In this document: in pieces, positions 41,404 to 53,600 of the stretch
How the letters are laid out: each line of letters begins with the position of its first letter
Numbering within the stretch: the stretch's first letter is position 1
Origin: Octopus vulgaris
Lineage: Eukaryota
Assembly (NCBI GenBank): GCA_951406725.2
Contig: OX597814.1
Location: 106,702,001-106,766,000, forward strand
DNA length: 64,000 nucleotides
Direction of reading: 5' to 3'
Made by a program: the position numbers and the translations under genes
The notes under the pieces: model-generated
Seen by the model: the letters and a program-made list of their open reading frames with translations, nothing else
Told to the model about the DNA's origin: nothing
Databases searched by the model: none

Positions 41404-42852
41404 TTAATTGTTTGTCGTAGACCCGTTAAGAAGTGGCCTGTATTTTATAATAAAGAGATTTTCTTTACTTATTCGTTGTCTCGAGGTTGTATCGTCCCTA
41501 AATTGGTAGAGGGGGAAAATTCTGAAGTTTGGTATTTTTTTGTTGGCGCAAGTATCTATGTGTTGGCTAAAAGCTATTTTTCTGTTTTGGGGAATTTTTA
41601 TCTGGGATCTGTGCAGGGCCATTCGTTTACGCAAACCATTTTTTGTTTGGCCTATGTACTGCTCTTGACACCCGGAGCAGGTTAGTGAGTATATTAGGTT
41701 CTCCGAAGCACATGTGAAGTTGCTTTTCACTGTAAACCGTTGTCCCTGTTTGAAGGAGAACTCAGAACCCTCGATTAGATAGTCGCATATCCCGCAATTG
41801 GGTCTTCCACATTTTTTTACTGTCGGCTTCTGTGTTGAAGAGTGAATTCGGGCTCGTGTTAGGAGACTTTTCATGGATCTAGGCTGTCTTTTGCTTTTTA
41901 TGATCGTGTGTGTTTGGAGGATTGTGTTCATTCTGTGGTCTTTTTTTAGGAGGGGTATGTTGTGGAGGATGGTGCCGAAGGCTTCGTTATTGAGAGGGTT
42001 GTGTGTGGAGATGTATGGTAAGGCTTTTGGTTGTAAGTTTTTCTTTGATTTGGGATGTCTCAGTTCCTTGATGTTAAGTTGAAGGGCACGTTGAATGCAC
42101 TTGTCAATAAGTGAAGGTGGATAGTTCCTGGTGATAAGGGTATCTTTTAGTTCTTGTAGTCGTGTGTCTCTGGTGTTTGCGTTAGAGACTATAGTGCATA
42201 TCCTTTTTGCTAGATTGAAGGGGATATTCATCCTGGTGTGTCTGGGGTGGCATGAATTGAATGGAAGATATTGCTTAGAGTCTGTAGGCTTATAGTATAT
42301 GTCTGTTTCTATTATATTATTAGCTTTCTTAATGAGGATATCGAGGAAGGGAAGTTGTTGCTGGCTATATTCCATCGTGAATTGGATGTTTACGTCCAGC
42401 CCGTTTAAAATTTCCTGGAATTCTATGAGTTTTTCTATATTTTTATGCCAAAGAATGAAACAGTCATCTAGATATCTCTTCCAGTTGTTTTCTATGTAGA
42501 TGGAGAAAGGGCTGCCATATCTTTCTAGAACCTTACGATACAGACTGATCTCTAGGTATCCTATGACTAGGTTGGCAAAGGAGGGGGCCATTCGTGTACC
42601 CATCGCAGTCCCCGATTTTTGTCGGTAGAAGTTGTCATTGAAGGCGAAGAAGTTATTTTCCAGGATGAATTTAACCCCTTCTATCACGAATTCTTTTTTG
42701 ATGCGGTGTGGTAGTTCGTTGGCGTGATTCTCTAGCCAGAATTGGATTGCCTCTAGTCCTAGGTTGTGGGGGATATTGGAGTAGAGGTTGACTACATCGA
42801 AGGATACCAGTATGGTGTTTTGGTTTATAGTATTCGGTAGGTGATTGAGCAT
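41404..42852 (-). CDS. PLE reverse transcriptase core plus GIY-YIG endonuclease (C-terminal part of a frameshifted ORF2)
   Basis: ILVSFDVVNLYSNIP, GTAMGTRMAPSFANL, RYLDD, LPFLDI, linker CGRPNCGIC, LIYSLTCSGCQEQYIGQT...RMALH...FSQH. Confidence 0.95.
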   Translation of the reverse strand: MLNHLPNTINQNTILVSFDVVNLYSNIPHNLGLEAIQFWLENHANELPHRIKKEFVIEGVKFILENNFFAFNDNFYRQKSGTAMGTRMAPSFANLVIGYLEISLYRKVLERYGSPFSIYIENNWKRYLDDCFILWHKNIEKLIEFQEILNGLDVNIQFTMEYSQQQLPFLDILIKKANNIIETDIYYKPTDSKQYLPFNSCHPRHTRMNIPFNLAKRICTIVSNANTRDTRLQELKDTLITRNYPPSLIDKCIQRALQLNIKELRHPKSKKNLQPKALPYISTHNPLNNEAFGTILHNIPLLKKDHRMNTILQTHTIIKSKRQPRSMKSLLTRARIHSSTQKPTVKKCGRPNCGICDYLIEGSEFSFKQGQRFTVKSNFTCASENLIYSLTCSGCQEQYIGQTKNGLRKRMALHRSQIKIPQNRKIAFSQHIDTCANKKIPNFRIFPLYQFRDDTTSRQRISKENLFIIKYRPLLNGSTTNN

Positions 42853-43718
42853 ATCTAAGTCGTCCCTTATATAGCTTTTGACATGTTTGAGGAGTGGTTT
42901 TAACAGGTGTCTAAAAAGTTACTGAGGCGGTGGGTTTCGCATGCGGGACCTGCTATTATGGGTCTCAATTTGAGGTCATTAGGATTAGGACTTTAATTAT
43001 TTTGTCTGTGGCTATCTTGCATGCGTTGCTTATTTTTTCACTTTTGTGGATCTTAGGTATACCGTAGAATTGGCTAGTTTTACTTGTGAAATTGGTCATA
43101 TAATCATATTCTTTGTCGGTGAGCCCTGCTTTGTATGGGTTTAATATGGATTTTAGTTCCCTCATTATTTTTTGTTGACTGTAGTTTTGTGCCTTTTCAT
43201 AGTATGTTGTGTCTTCCAGCATAGAAAGAACCAAAGTTATGTAAAAAGTCGTATCCATTAAGACAACAGCACTCCCTTTATCGGCCTCTTTGATTGTTAT
43301 TGTTTCATCTTGTTTTAATTTGTTCAACTCAGCCCATTCTTTTTTGATGAAGTTTGGTTTGTGTTTTTGTTTGTGCATATGTTGATATGGGTAATTAGAT
43401 ATGTGGTCACAGAAATCATCAAGTGTTTTGTTCTTACCTTTCGAGGGAGTGTAGTTACTCCTATTTCTGGCTAACGATTCGTCCTCGTTGTATTTATCGT
43501 ATAGCTCCTCAGTAAGTCTTAATTTTCTGCAGAATTCTGCGATGTCTTCTTTCATTTCGTTGTAGTTGGGGTGTAAACTTGAGTCCTTTGGAAAGTATGT
43601 TTATTTGGTTTGCTGTTAGTTCCTTGTGAGTTAGATTGATAATTTTTATTACTTTTGGTTCCTCCTGCTTGTTTGGTGCTATCTTGTGTCTCTGTGTTTG
43701 CGTATTGGGTCTAAAAAA
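42853..43718 (-). pseudogene. N-terminal part of PLE ORF2, broken by three frameshifts (about 43570, 42990 and 42907)
   Basis: IINLTHKELTANQINILSKGLKFTP / IKEADKGSAVVLMD...FYGIPKIHK / LKLRPIIAGPACETHRLSNFLD / LLKPLLKHVKSYIRDDLDML. Confidence 0.88.
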
Positions 43719-44632
43719 TGAATGCGGTGGTTGGGACGGTAGCTGTTATATAGTTGTTCTTTGTTGATGTGGGGTCTCCTGTTGTGATTTATGGTGTGTG
43801 TTCTTGGAGGAGTATTGAGGAGAGCATCCCGATATCCCATATTCGGGTGTGGTGTTCTAGGAGGCCTTCGTTGGTAATCATTGTAAGTGGTGTGGGTTTG
43901 TTGTGCATGGTTGTTTAACCGGTTGATGGGACGGAGATTTCGTTGGTAACTCTTTTGGGTGGGGATAAGGTTGCAGTGTCTATGCTGTGGGTGTTGATTT
44001 ATCCTTTCTCTGCTTGAAGTGGGGGTATTCCTGATATTGTAACGCTGGTTGCTTACAGAGTTAGGGTTAGGTCCTGTATTCTTTTTTTGAAAGTAGTGAA
44101 GGTTCCGATTTTTAGACAGGTGTGTATCGGTGTTTGGGTGTTGTTTTGGTTTTCTTATTTTCTGGAAAGGGTTGTTGGAGGCGTGCTCTGTTTGAAAGAC
44201 GGCTTCATAGTCTGAGAACCAAATGGCGCTTTTCTCCCAGCGTTGGAGAGATTTTAGTTCTTCTTCTTCACAGTCCTCTTTCCATAGTTTGGAGAACTTC
44301 TCTTGATCTGGGCCTTGGGTCATTTTGCGAATTTCTTCGTTGATATCTTCATCGGTGGATTTTATTTTGTCCTCATTCGTTTGGGCCCTCAATTTCAGAA
44401 GTTCTATTTCCATTTTCATTTTTTCCAGTGCCATTCTCTCCCTGAGGTGTCTTTGTGTTTCAGGTTCCTCTGTAATAGCTTTGAACTGGAATTTCCGTGG
44501 GAGGATTAACGGGGTCCGGTTGAGCCATTTTTCGTATATATCCGCTTTGTTGTTGTTTTGGATCATCTTCCAAAAGGCGAACTTTCTATCACTGAGTGAT
44601 TTGTTCCATTGTGGTATTATGTGGTGTTTCAT
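43679..44632 (-). CDS. PLE upstream ORF1: charged helical/coiled-coil-like region followed by N/R/Q/H-rich disordered tail
   Basis: 317-aa ORF inside the pLTRs. The frame stays open about 60 further codons to the inverted pLTR junction near 44815. Confidence 0.7.
   Translation of the reverse strand: MKHHIIPQWNKSLSDRKFAFWKMIQNNNKADIYEKWLNRTPLILPRKFQFKAITEEPETQRHLRERMALEKMKMEIELLKLRAQTNEDKIKSTDEDINEEIRKMTQGPDQEKFSKLWKEDCEEEELKSLQRWEKSAIWFSDYEAVFQTEHASNNPFQKIRKPKQHPNTDTHLSKNRNLHYFQKKNTGPNPNSVSNQRYNIRNTPTSSRERINQHPQHRHCNLIPTQKSYQRNLRPINRLNNHAQQTHTTYNDYQRRPPRTPHPNMGYRDALLNTPPRTHTINHNRRPHINKEQLYNSYRPNHRIHFLDPIRKHRDTR
43712..43718 (-). promoter_or_regulatory. Candidate -1 programmed ribosomal frameshift heptamer U UUU UUA
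   Basis: In-frame CAT TTT TTA GAC near the ORF1 end. The -1 frame runs straight into the conserved PLE N-terminal motif with no ATG. Confidence 0.7.
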
Positions 44633-44814
44633 TTGGTATGTTGTTGGGGTATTGATCCCATATATTGACGCGTTTGGAGGTCCTTGGTTAGCGTTGTTAG
44701 AGAAAAATGTTCTAATTGTTTCGCATAAGTTTCCAAGGTTTTCGACAATTTCGGAGGTTGTATTTTTCGTATCTGTTTCCTCATTGTTCTCTCGATTGGG
44801 TTGATGTGTCGCGT

Positions 44815-44974
44815 TTTAAAAAAACCTTTCTTCTAATTTTTCTAAATTTTTCTAAATTTAATTATTTAATCGTTACAGTTGAAAAGGTCTCAAAATGACC
44901 GAAACCGGTACTGAAAGATTCACTATAAAATCATCTTAGCATTTTCTATTTTTGACTTGTTTTTTCATATATAT
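44815..44974 (+). repeat. Inverted 5' pLTR copy
   Basis: Reverse complement of 40747-40905, followed by a roughly 25-bp extra tail and (TA)n. Confidence 0.95.
44868..44920 (+). ncRNA. Minimal type I hammerhead ribozyme, U3-A8 variant (inverted copy)
   Basis: Core TTGAAAA at 44879-44885, GAAA at 44901-44904, palindromic ACCGGT, GUA cut after 44910. Confidence 0.8.
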
Positions 44975-45000
44975 CAACTCGTGTGTTCCTTTCCATCCTT

Positions 45001-45039
<39 letters not shown>

Positions 45040-45041
45040 AA

Positions 45042-45302
45042 TAAGGATAATATCGGTATTTAAATATCGATATTATTAAGTGGCCAGCATGGAAAAAAAT
45101 ACCGTACAAAGGTAATAATTTTTTTACAACTAAAAATAAGGGTGTCTGAGAGACACCACCATTCCGAAATAGCAGTCAAAACCCTGACTTTAAAAACCAC
45201 GTTAAATGTTCATATCGTACCATGAGATAAGACAATAATATTTTTTGCTAGTCTATTTTGTCCCTCTGTCTTATCTCATGGTACGATATGAACATTTAAC
45301 GT
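45042..45302. repeat. Structured repeat related to 39883-40105, with a 36-bp perfect inverted repeat (45199-45234 / 45267-45302)
   Basis: acgttaaatgttcatatcgtaccatgagataagaca and its reverse complement. Confidence 0.7.
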
Positions 45303-45394
45303 TAGTTATATGTATATATATATGTATATATATATATAGGTAAACAGTAAAAATAATTACAGACATGGACAAGAACATGAAACGCCACAGAGAC

Positions 45395-45447
<53 letters not shown>

Positions 45448-45960
45448 GTTTAAAGAACGATTTTCTTAAAAAGTATTTTGAAAAACAAGATGTAATATGC
45501 AAACGTTAATATGCATGTACTCAGTTTAAATGTTTGATTGTTCTATATGTACACTTTGGCATAAGGCGAAGAGCTGACAAAATCGTTACAGCACCGGTCA
45601 AAATGCTTAGCAGCATTTCTTCTGGATTTACGCTGTCAGTTCAAATGAGGCCGAGGTTCACTTAGCCTTTTATTCTTCCGGGTGCATTAAATTAAGCACC
45701 AGTCAAGTAATGGTGTCCATGTAACTGACTAACACGACCCCCATATTTCAAGCCTTATTCTATATTACAATGTATACTTTGGCATAAAAAAAACGCGAAT
45801 ACATACATGACCCTTAAGGATACTTTTATCTACGGCGATATACACACTTTGCTTGCCCAGTCTATTTATTCACAGCCTATTCATATCTTCATCTTTATCT
45901 ATTTTTTGTTTCCTCTCTCACACACACACATACACACACATACACACACACATACACACA

Positions 45961-45994
<34 letters not shown>

Positions 45995-46172
45995 GGTATG
46001 TATACATAAATAGATAGATGTGTGTGTGTATGTATATGTATGTGTGTATATGTGCGTGTGAGTGTATTCGAAGAGCCAAAGTAAAGTAAACACCATTATC
46101 AAGCAAGAATTCCGATACTGACGCCATATATGTCTGTCTGTATGTATGTATATATACATACATATAATAAAT

Positions 46173-46272
<100 letters not shown>

Positions 46273-46535
46273 GGTATGTAGAAAAATACAACATGGACAA
46301 GAACGTATATCTCTTAGAAGACGACACAACAAACACGGACAGGACATTCGAAACCCTCAGTCTTCAGTCAAGAACCGGATCATCGTAGTAATTTCGGCTG
46401 ATATATATATATACGTATGTACACATAAGTATGTATATATATATATATGTATATGTACACATATATATACATACATATATATATATATATACACATACAT
46501 ACATACATACATACATACATACATACATACATACA

Positions 46536-46568
<33 letters not shown>

Positions 46569-47729
46569 CTATGTACTTTATGCGTGCATGTTTGCATGTT
46601 TCAACGCAAATAATGTTTGTTGTGGAAAAGGAAAGGTTTTTAGGAAATAGGGAAAGAGAGGGCGGCTGAAAGACAAAGAAATTAAATAGAGAAAACTAAA
46701 GAAAAACATTTGAGAGAGAGAGGGGGGAGAGAGGCGGGAGAGAGAGGCGGGAGAGAGAGGCGGTGTGAGAGAGAGAGGCGGTGTGAGAGAGAGTGGTGGG
46801 AGATTGGACTGACAGACAGAGAAAAAAGGAGAGGGTGTGAAGTATCATTATATAAGTGAGATGTAATACTTTATGATACTTCAAGTTAATAAATGTCTAG
46901 AGGAAACTTAAAATTGTTGGAGAAATTAAAATTAATTATATTCTTAATTAACTAAATTCAGAATATTAATTGGACAACAGTGTCAAAATACGATGGAAAA
47001 TTAATTGCTGTTTAGTCCCAGGTTGACCCTGATCTCACAGATCTACCGCGAAAAACATTCCAGCCATACCAGTCCCGCCTGATATAGTGTAGCCCTACTA
47101 CTACCCCTACTACCGCCGCTTTACCTATTCTGCTTCTTTGTAAACCAAAAAGGTATGATTTGAGAGGAATTTGGCTGTTATTTCTCACAGACTGAACCAT
47201 CACAGAAAAGCATCATCTGAAGAATTTGTTTAAAAACTCGCAAATATTTTTGTTAAAGTTGATTATTTTTCCAGTTTAAGGTTGGTTTCTGGAATATTCC
47301 ATGAAATAATCTGTCATTATAACATTATGACATCTTGTAAATGCATCTAAGCAGAAATTTGGAGCTAGAGTTTGGGGGAGGGTTCTTCCTTTTTTTAACG
47401 TGGTGTTAGGTTTCTTTAAATTTTGTTGAAAATGTTTTGTTAATTTGAATTTTTCTGTGAAAACAAATCTTAATTACTGGTTGTACTCATTCCGTTTCTT
47501 TTAAAACCTTAATGGTTGGTGGGAAAATATTCATCAACCACTGCTCTGTAAATTTTGGGACTTTCCAGACACCACGTGACCCTCCACATGATTCCCATGA
47601 CCGTGAAGAAATAACATCGAAACCTCCTTCGGATCACATCACACTCCTTTAGAAAAACGGACACATTAGACTATGTTGCCCTGGGCGGTCAAGACAGATG
47701 CATTGTTGATCGTATAGTGTATTTGTACA

Positions 47730-47897
47730 TAGGTGCAGGAATGGCTGTTTGGTAAGAAGCTTGCTTCCCAACCACATGGTTCCGGGTTCAGTCCCACAGC
47801 CTGGCACCTTGGACTAGTATCTTCTACTATAGCCTCGGGCCGACCGAAGCCTTGTGAGCGGATTTGGTAGACGGAAACTGGAAGAAGCCCGTCGTAT
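47730..47897 (+). mobile_element. SINE family A, 5' half
   Basis: aggtgcaggaatggctgtttggtaag...ggttcagtccc. Confidence 0.85.
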
Positions 47898-48065
47898 ATA
47901 TGTATGTGTGTGTGTGTGTGTGTGTATGATTGCATAGGCGTGTGGCCAGCCACAGCTGGGCGATTCACGACAATTATGAACAAGGTTGTTACTCAGAGTA
48001 GGCTGTCAATTTTCATGAAATAAATAGCCATCTGCCTCACCCGGAGTATTAAGCTAACTCACATA

Positions 48066-48620
48066 CAAGGGTGAGTCAAAACGTAATGCCATTTTGTTTA
48101 GGACAGGTATAATTATCAACACAGGAACATGTATCATACATCAAAATGAAGCTGGTCCTCTGTGGATCACATCCCTACTTCTCAACATAGTCACCGTTAC
48201 TCTCAATAGCAATGTTCCCCCTTCGAATGAGAGCATGTGTTCCTGTCTCGTAAAATTCTGTTGACTGTTCTTTGAGCCACTTCTTTACTACCTCCTCACT
48301 CACCAGATTTAGCGCCTTCAGACTATAATCTCTTCGGCTCCGTGAAAGAAGGTTTGAGTGGCAAACATTATTCCAGTGACGAGGAAATGAAAACTGTAGT
48401 GAAGAAGTGGCCCAAAGAACAGTCAACAGAATTTTACGGGGCAGAGATACATGCTCTTATTCGAAGATGGAACATTGCTATTGAGAGAAACGGTGACTAG
48501 TTGAGAAGTAAGGATGTGATCCACAGAGGACCAGCTTCATTTTGATGTATGATACATGTTTCTGTGTTGGTTTTTAGACCTGTCCTAAACAAAATGGCAT
48601 TACTTTTTGACTCACCCTCG
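48066..48620. mobile_element. Non-autonomous fold-back mariner derivative (two 3' ends), TA target-site duplication
   Basis: ta|caagggtgagtcaaaa ... tttttgactcaccctcg|ta; about 230-bp inverted arms; centre encodes HSPDLAPSDYNLFGSVKEGL (mariner YSPDLAP motif). Confidence 0.9.
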
Positions 48621-48690
48621 TATAATGTTTTAATTATGTAAAATATATTATTGATATATTTTAGTAATTGTTACATTACTAAATGCACGG

Positions 48691-48728
<38 letters not shown>

Positions 48729-49543
48729 ATGCGCGTGCGCGCGTGTGTGTGCGCGTGTGTATGCGCGTGCGCTTGTGTATGCGCGTGCGCGTGTGTATGC
48801 GCGTGCGTGCGTGCAAACATACCTGCTGGTATTTTTATACGTATATATCCGCTTGTACACGTATATTTCGTTTCAGTGTAATTCCTAACAAATATATTTT
48901 TGTAAATGAAAACCTTTGACATGAATACATACCTACTATCCTCAGCTCTGTTCATTCTATGACGCATTCATACCTGAATTCTATTGACGATTTCAATAAT
49001 CTTTTCTTCTTATGTCTGTCCTATAATTCTTTACTCTTCCATTCTTCTAATTTTCTTCTTTCTTTCCTTCTTGCTTTAAACTAACTGATGTATTCACACA
49101 CTTTACTCTATACTTTGTCACCAATTATAACCAATTGTCTTGCTACCTCCACCTACAATAAACAATATACGCCAATAGCCAGTCTTTTCTTGTCTTTTAT
49201 TAAATACCATCAAAACAGAAGCACTTATAGTTTTGCTATATTCAACAAACCTCTGACTCCACACATTCGTACATTGTTAAACATATATGCATTGTTAAAC
49301 GTCTTTCTTCCTAAGTCAGATATTGTTTAATACACGCAGTAAATCTATTTATTTAATCACTTATACACTTGATCACTTTATTTGGAAAAAGTGATAGAAA
49401 GACTACAGTGAAATTACAGTAAGGAGTGGATTATTCAACGCTTCGGACAGAGTCCTTCTTCGGGATAAAATTGACAGGAGAGAATTATAATAGCAGAAGT
49501 CTTCCTGGCGCATACGACCACCAGCCTACATGAATTATGTTTT

Positions 49544-49672
<129 letters not shown>

Positions 49673-49710
49673 CAGATAGACAGACAGATAGATGGATAGA
49701 TAAATAGATA

Positions 49711-50080
49711 AGTTTCTTTATTGGCCACACAGGGCTGCACACAGCTTGGACAAGTTACAAGGTAGAGCTTTTCTTTTGAGGGATGAAAAAAAACAAAAAA
49801 CAAAAGAAAAAAAAGAAAAAAAGAAGGGGTGGCGTAGGTTTTCAATCAAGAGGGATCGTAAAAGGGAAGAAAAGAACAAGATAGATAGATAGACAGATGT
49901 GTGGGGTGGGTGCATTGATAACAGCTATAGAGCTAGAAACATCGATGCTTGGGAATCCGGATAGATGGCGACACTGGACAGATGTGGTGTTTTTTACACC
50001 TTTTTTAACAAAAAAGAGAATGTTCCTCTACGGAGGCTGCAGTGACTATGCCTTTGAGCAGCTGAAATATGTCGCAAGCA
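49711..50080 (-). mobile_element. Probable 3' UTR of a non-LTR (Tx1/L1-like) element abutting (TAGA)n
   Basis: Minus strand ends gtgcagccctgtgtggccaataaagaaact with a T-rich UTR. No coding evidence. Confidence 0.35.
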
Positions 50081-50141
50081 TAGTTTAACTAACTTAAAGT
50101 TCGCTTATGCCTAAACAATGCTTCGTGTTAATATAAAAGTA

Positions 50142-50178
<37 letters not shown>

Positions 50179-51089
50179 TGTGTGTGTGTATGTATGAGTA
50201 GGTATGTAGGTATATGTGTGTATATGTTTGTATGTATGTATCTATGTGACTATGTATCTATGTATATGTACTTTATATACAAAACTACCATTGTTTTCCT
50301 GCCGAGAATTCTCTGCAATTATCAAGCCTGCCACATGGGGCGTTGGTACTTTGGTACTTGTCTCCATCTTAGATGAGAATATATCTTTATATATATATAC
50401 ATATATATACATATACATATGGTTCGTTTACATATACATATATACATTATATAATATATATATTATATGTATGTATGTATGCATGCATGTATGTATGTAT
50501 GTATGTATGTATGTATGTATGTATATATGTATGTGTGTATGTATGTATATATATGTATGCATGTATGTATGTATGTATGTATGTATGTATGTATGTATGC
50601 ATGCATGTATGTATGTATGTATGTATGTATGTATGTATGTATGTATGTATGTATGTATGTATGTATGTATGTATGTATGTATGTATGTATGTATGTATGT
50701 ATGTATGTATGTATGTATGTACGTACGTACATCTGTCAACGCTGCTAAACAAAACTAAAAACAAAATTATGTAAGATATGAATTGTTTATTGTTTTAATA
50801 ATCTGAGACATGAGTATTTTGGAACACTGATCGCATCAATCATAAGACTATTTATCGAAAGTCATGTTCTAATAGCATTTTCTAAAGGATCTTATGCAGA
50901 GCCATTACCAACGCGTAACATTAGGTGCCCAGTTTTGGAGGCCAGGAATCTCTGCCAAATTGTTTTGAGTGAAAATTGAATAACCCCAATGAATGCCAAT
51001 ACAAACAAACTTCAGACGTTCATTAATCAGTCACGTGAGGATCACGAATGAAAAGCTCGGAGTAGTCACTCGCACACACTCGCACTTAA

Positions 51090-51302
51090 ATTCTTTTATG
51101 CTTTTATTTGTTTCAGTCGTTTTGACTGCGGCCATGCTGGAGCACCACCTTTACTCGAACAAATCGATTCTATGACTTATTCTTTGTAAGCCTAGTACTT
51201 ATCCCATCGGTCTCTTTCACCGAATCGCTAAGTTACGGGGACGTAAACACACCAATATCGGTTGTTAAGCGATGGTAGAGGGCCAAACACAGATACACAA
51301 AT

Positions 51303-51349
<47 letters not shown>

Positions 51350-51385
51350 CGACGGGCTTCTTTAACGACGGGCTTCTAGTAACGG
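51090..51385 (-). mobile_element. SINE family A, 3' part
   Basis: tgactgcggccatgctggagcacc...gctaagttacggggacgtaaacac. Confidence 0.85.
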
Positions 51386-51388
51386 AAG

Positions 51389-51445
<57 letters not shown>

Positions 51446-52085
51446 AGAGAGAGGGGAATACAGAGGGGGGACAGAGGGGAAAGACGAGGGACAGAAGGAG
51501 AGGGAAAGGGGAGAGATGGGGAGGTTAGTGAGAGACGTACATACACACACACACATACACACGCACACACACACAGACACTACACAAGCGCCCGTAATGT
51601 GTGTGTGTTGTGTGTGTGTGTGTGTGTGTGTTTGTATGTGTGTGTGTGTGTTGTGTGTGTCTATGGTTCGTTTAACATGGTAATTAGGTTTTATTGCTCA
51701 TTATGACGCTTAAAGAATGAAAATTCGGCAATAAATTAGCTAAATGTTTGCTGTGACAAATGTTTCACGAAAACAATCCAAATTTTGGCAAATTCATTAC
51801 AATACGGGTGTTTGTGGGTGTTATAAGTTAATTAGAGAGCTTAATAATGTATTAATCTCTTGCTGGCATAAAATATTTATCAAGTCTGAAGGGTTTTACT
51901 TAATCTTTGCCCCTGCAGAATTATAAAAGCCATCAGGAATGTCATAACCAGACGTTTTACAGTTTTCCTATTTCCACATAACGTGTTTTTTTTTTTCATT
52001 CCTTTTTTTGCATTTTCCCCATTTCTGAGTGAAATGACATATTTTGTTTCTTGCCATATCAATGTATGTGTGTGTTTGTGTGTTT

Positions 52086-52510
52086 AGTTGGATGGATGGG
52101 TGGATGGATGGGTGGGTGGGTGGGTGGAAGGGTGGATAGATGGATGGATGGATGGGTGGATGGGTGGATGGATGGATGAGTGGGTGGATGGATGGTTGGA
52201 TGGATGGATGGGTGGGTGGGTGGAAGGGTGGATGGATGGATGGGTGGATGGGTGGATGGATGGATAGATGGATGGATGGATGGATGGATAGGTGGATAAA
52301 TGAATTGTTTGGTTGGGTGGATGGATGGATGGATATGGGTGGGTGGGTGGATAGCTGGGTGGAAAAATGAATTGGTTGGATGGACGGATGGATGGTTGGA
52401 TGGATGGATGGATGGATGGATGGATGGATGAATGGATGGATGGATGGATGGATGGATGGATGGATGGATGGATGGATGGATGGATGGATGGGTGAATAGG
52501 TGGATGGATA
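52086..52510. repeat. (TGGA/TGGG)n tetranucleotide microsatellite
   Basis: Direct reading. Confidence 0.95.
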
Positions 52511-52649
52511 TGTGAAGTAAAAGTTCTATCGTGACTGGTTGAGCTATTCGACTTATGTCGACAGCAGACGAAAGCTGAAGATATCATCTATCCATTATAC
52601 GGAGTTAGGTTAATGCATTCTTTGTAATACAAGGAAGTGATACCAACGA

Positions 52650-53600
52650 TTAAGAACCTTGGCAATATTCCTCTTGAAATCATTTAAGAATATACCTGCA
52701 ATCCCCTTAAATGGTGTATGACGGGTATTGAAAATGAAACCAAACTGTGACCGGCGCCATCTACCCCTACCATCTGCATTTTGGTTGAGAAATTTACGAT
52801 GAGATGTTATCAACATAATTCTCTGCAGTGTTCTAACGGAATGGTAAAGTGTTCTAGCAAGTTCCTAAGAGGATCCGGGTATGGCTTAGACTTAAACTGC
52901 ATGCCAGGTACCAGAGATATCTGAATAAAGGAAGCTCTTTTGCAGTATGTTGTAGAATGTACAGCCAACCAAGTTGCAATTTCCATTGTTTGATGCAGAT
53001 GTAATGCTTGATTGGAGCATACTCAGATATTATGTAAGGGACTCCATACAAACTATGTCTGGTAAAATAATCGAAGACTTAGGGTTCTAGTATTGTTTCT
53101 GATGCATTAAAGCAACAATGCAGTAGCACCAGTACAGTGAGAATGTGCACTGAGATTTTGTTCACCGGGGAGACGAGAAAGCAAAACGCAAGATTGTAAA
53201 CAAAGGAAATTCGAAACCGAGGCGTGGAATTAAGTAAATGGTAGGAAGGCACAAAAAGACTGCTGCTCATGTCTTTAATTTATATTACAAAATGAAGCAA
53301 TGCCTTGACGTTCTGGCAGGGTCTAAAACGTTTTCGTTATTAGGTTTATGATGCCTTCGAATGGATTAGATTCATGAAAGAAATGGACTTCAATTTGAAG
53401 AACTCACGGAATGTTATAAAATATAAGGGCCGTCTACAACGCTTCTTGTAGAGATGGAATGTCGTGGATTTGTAAGTAGATTCACTATGTCCAACGTTGC
53501 AAGCATTGGAGCTGGAAAGAATAGCAGAGAAGTGATTCTGGAAGTGAAAAGGAAAACGGAAAATATATGAGTTTGGTAAAATGGCAGCGCAGAACAATGC
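52650..53600 (+). pseudogene. Very degraded HERO-like LINE remnant
   Basis: LVEMECRGFVSR near 53445 resembles VEVGCRGFVG; the rest is barely recognisable. Confidence 0.35.
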
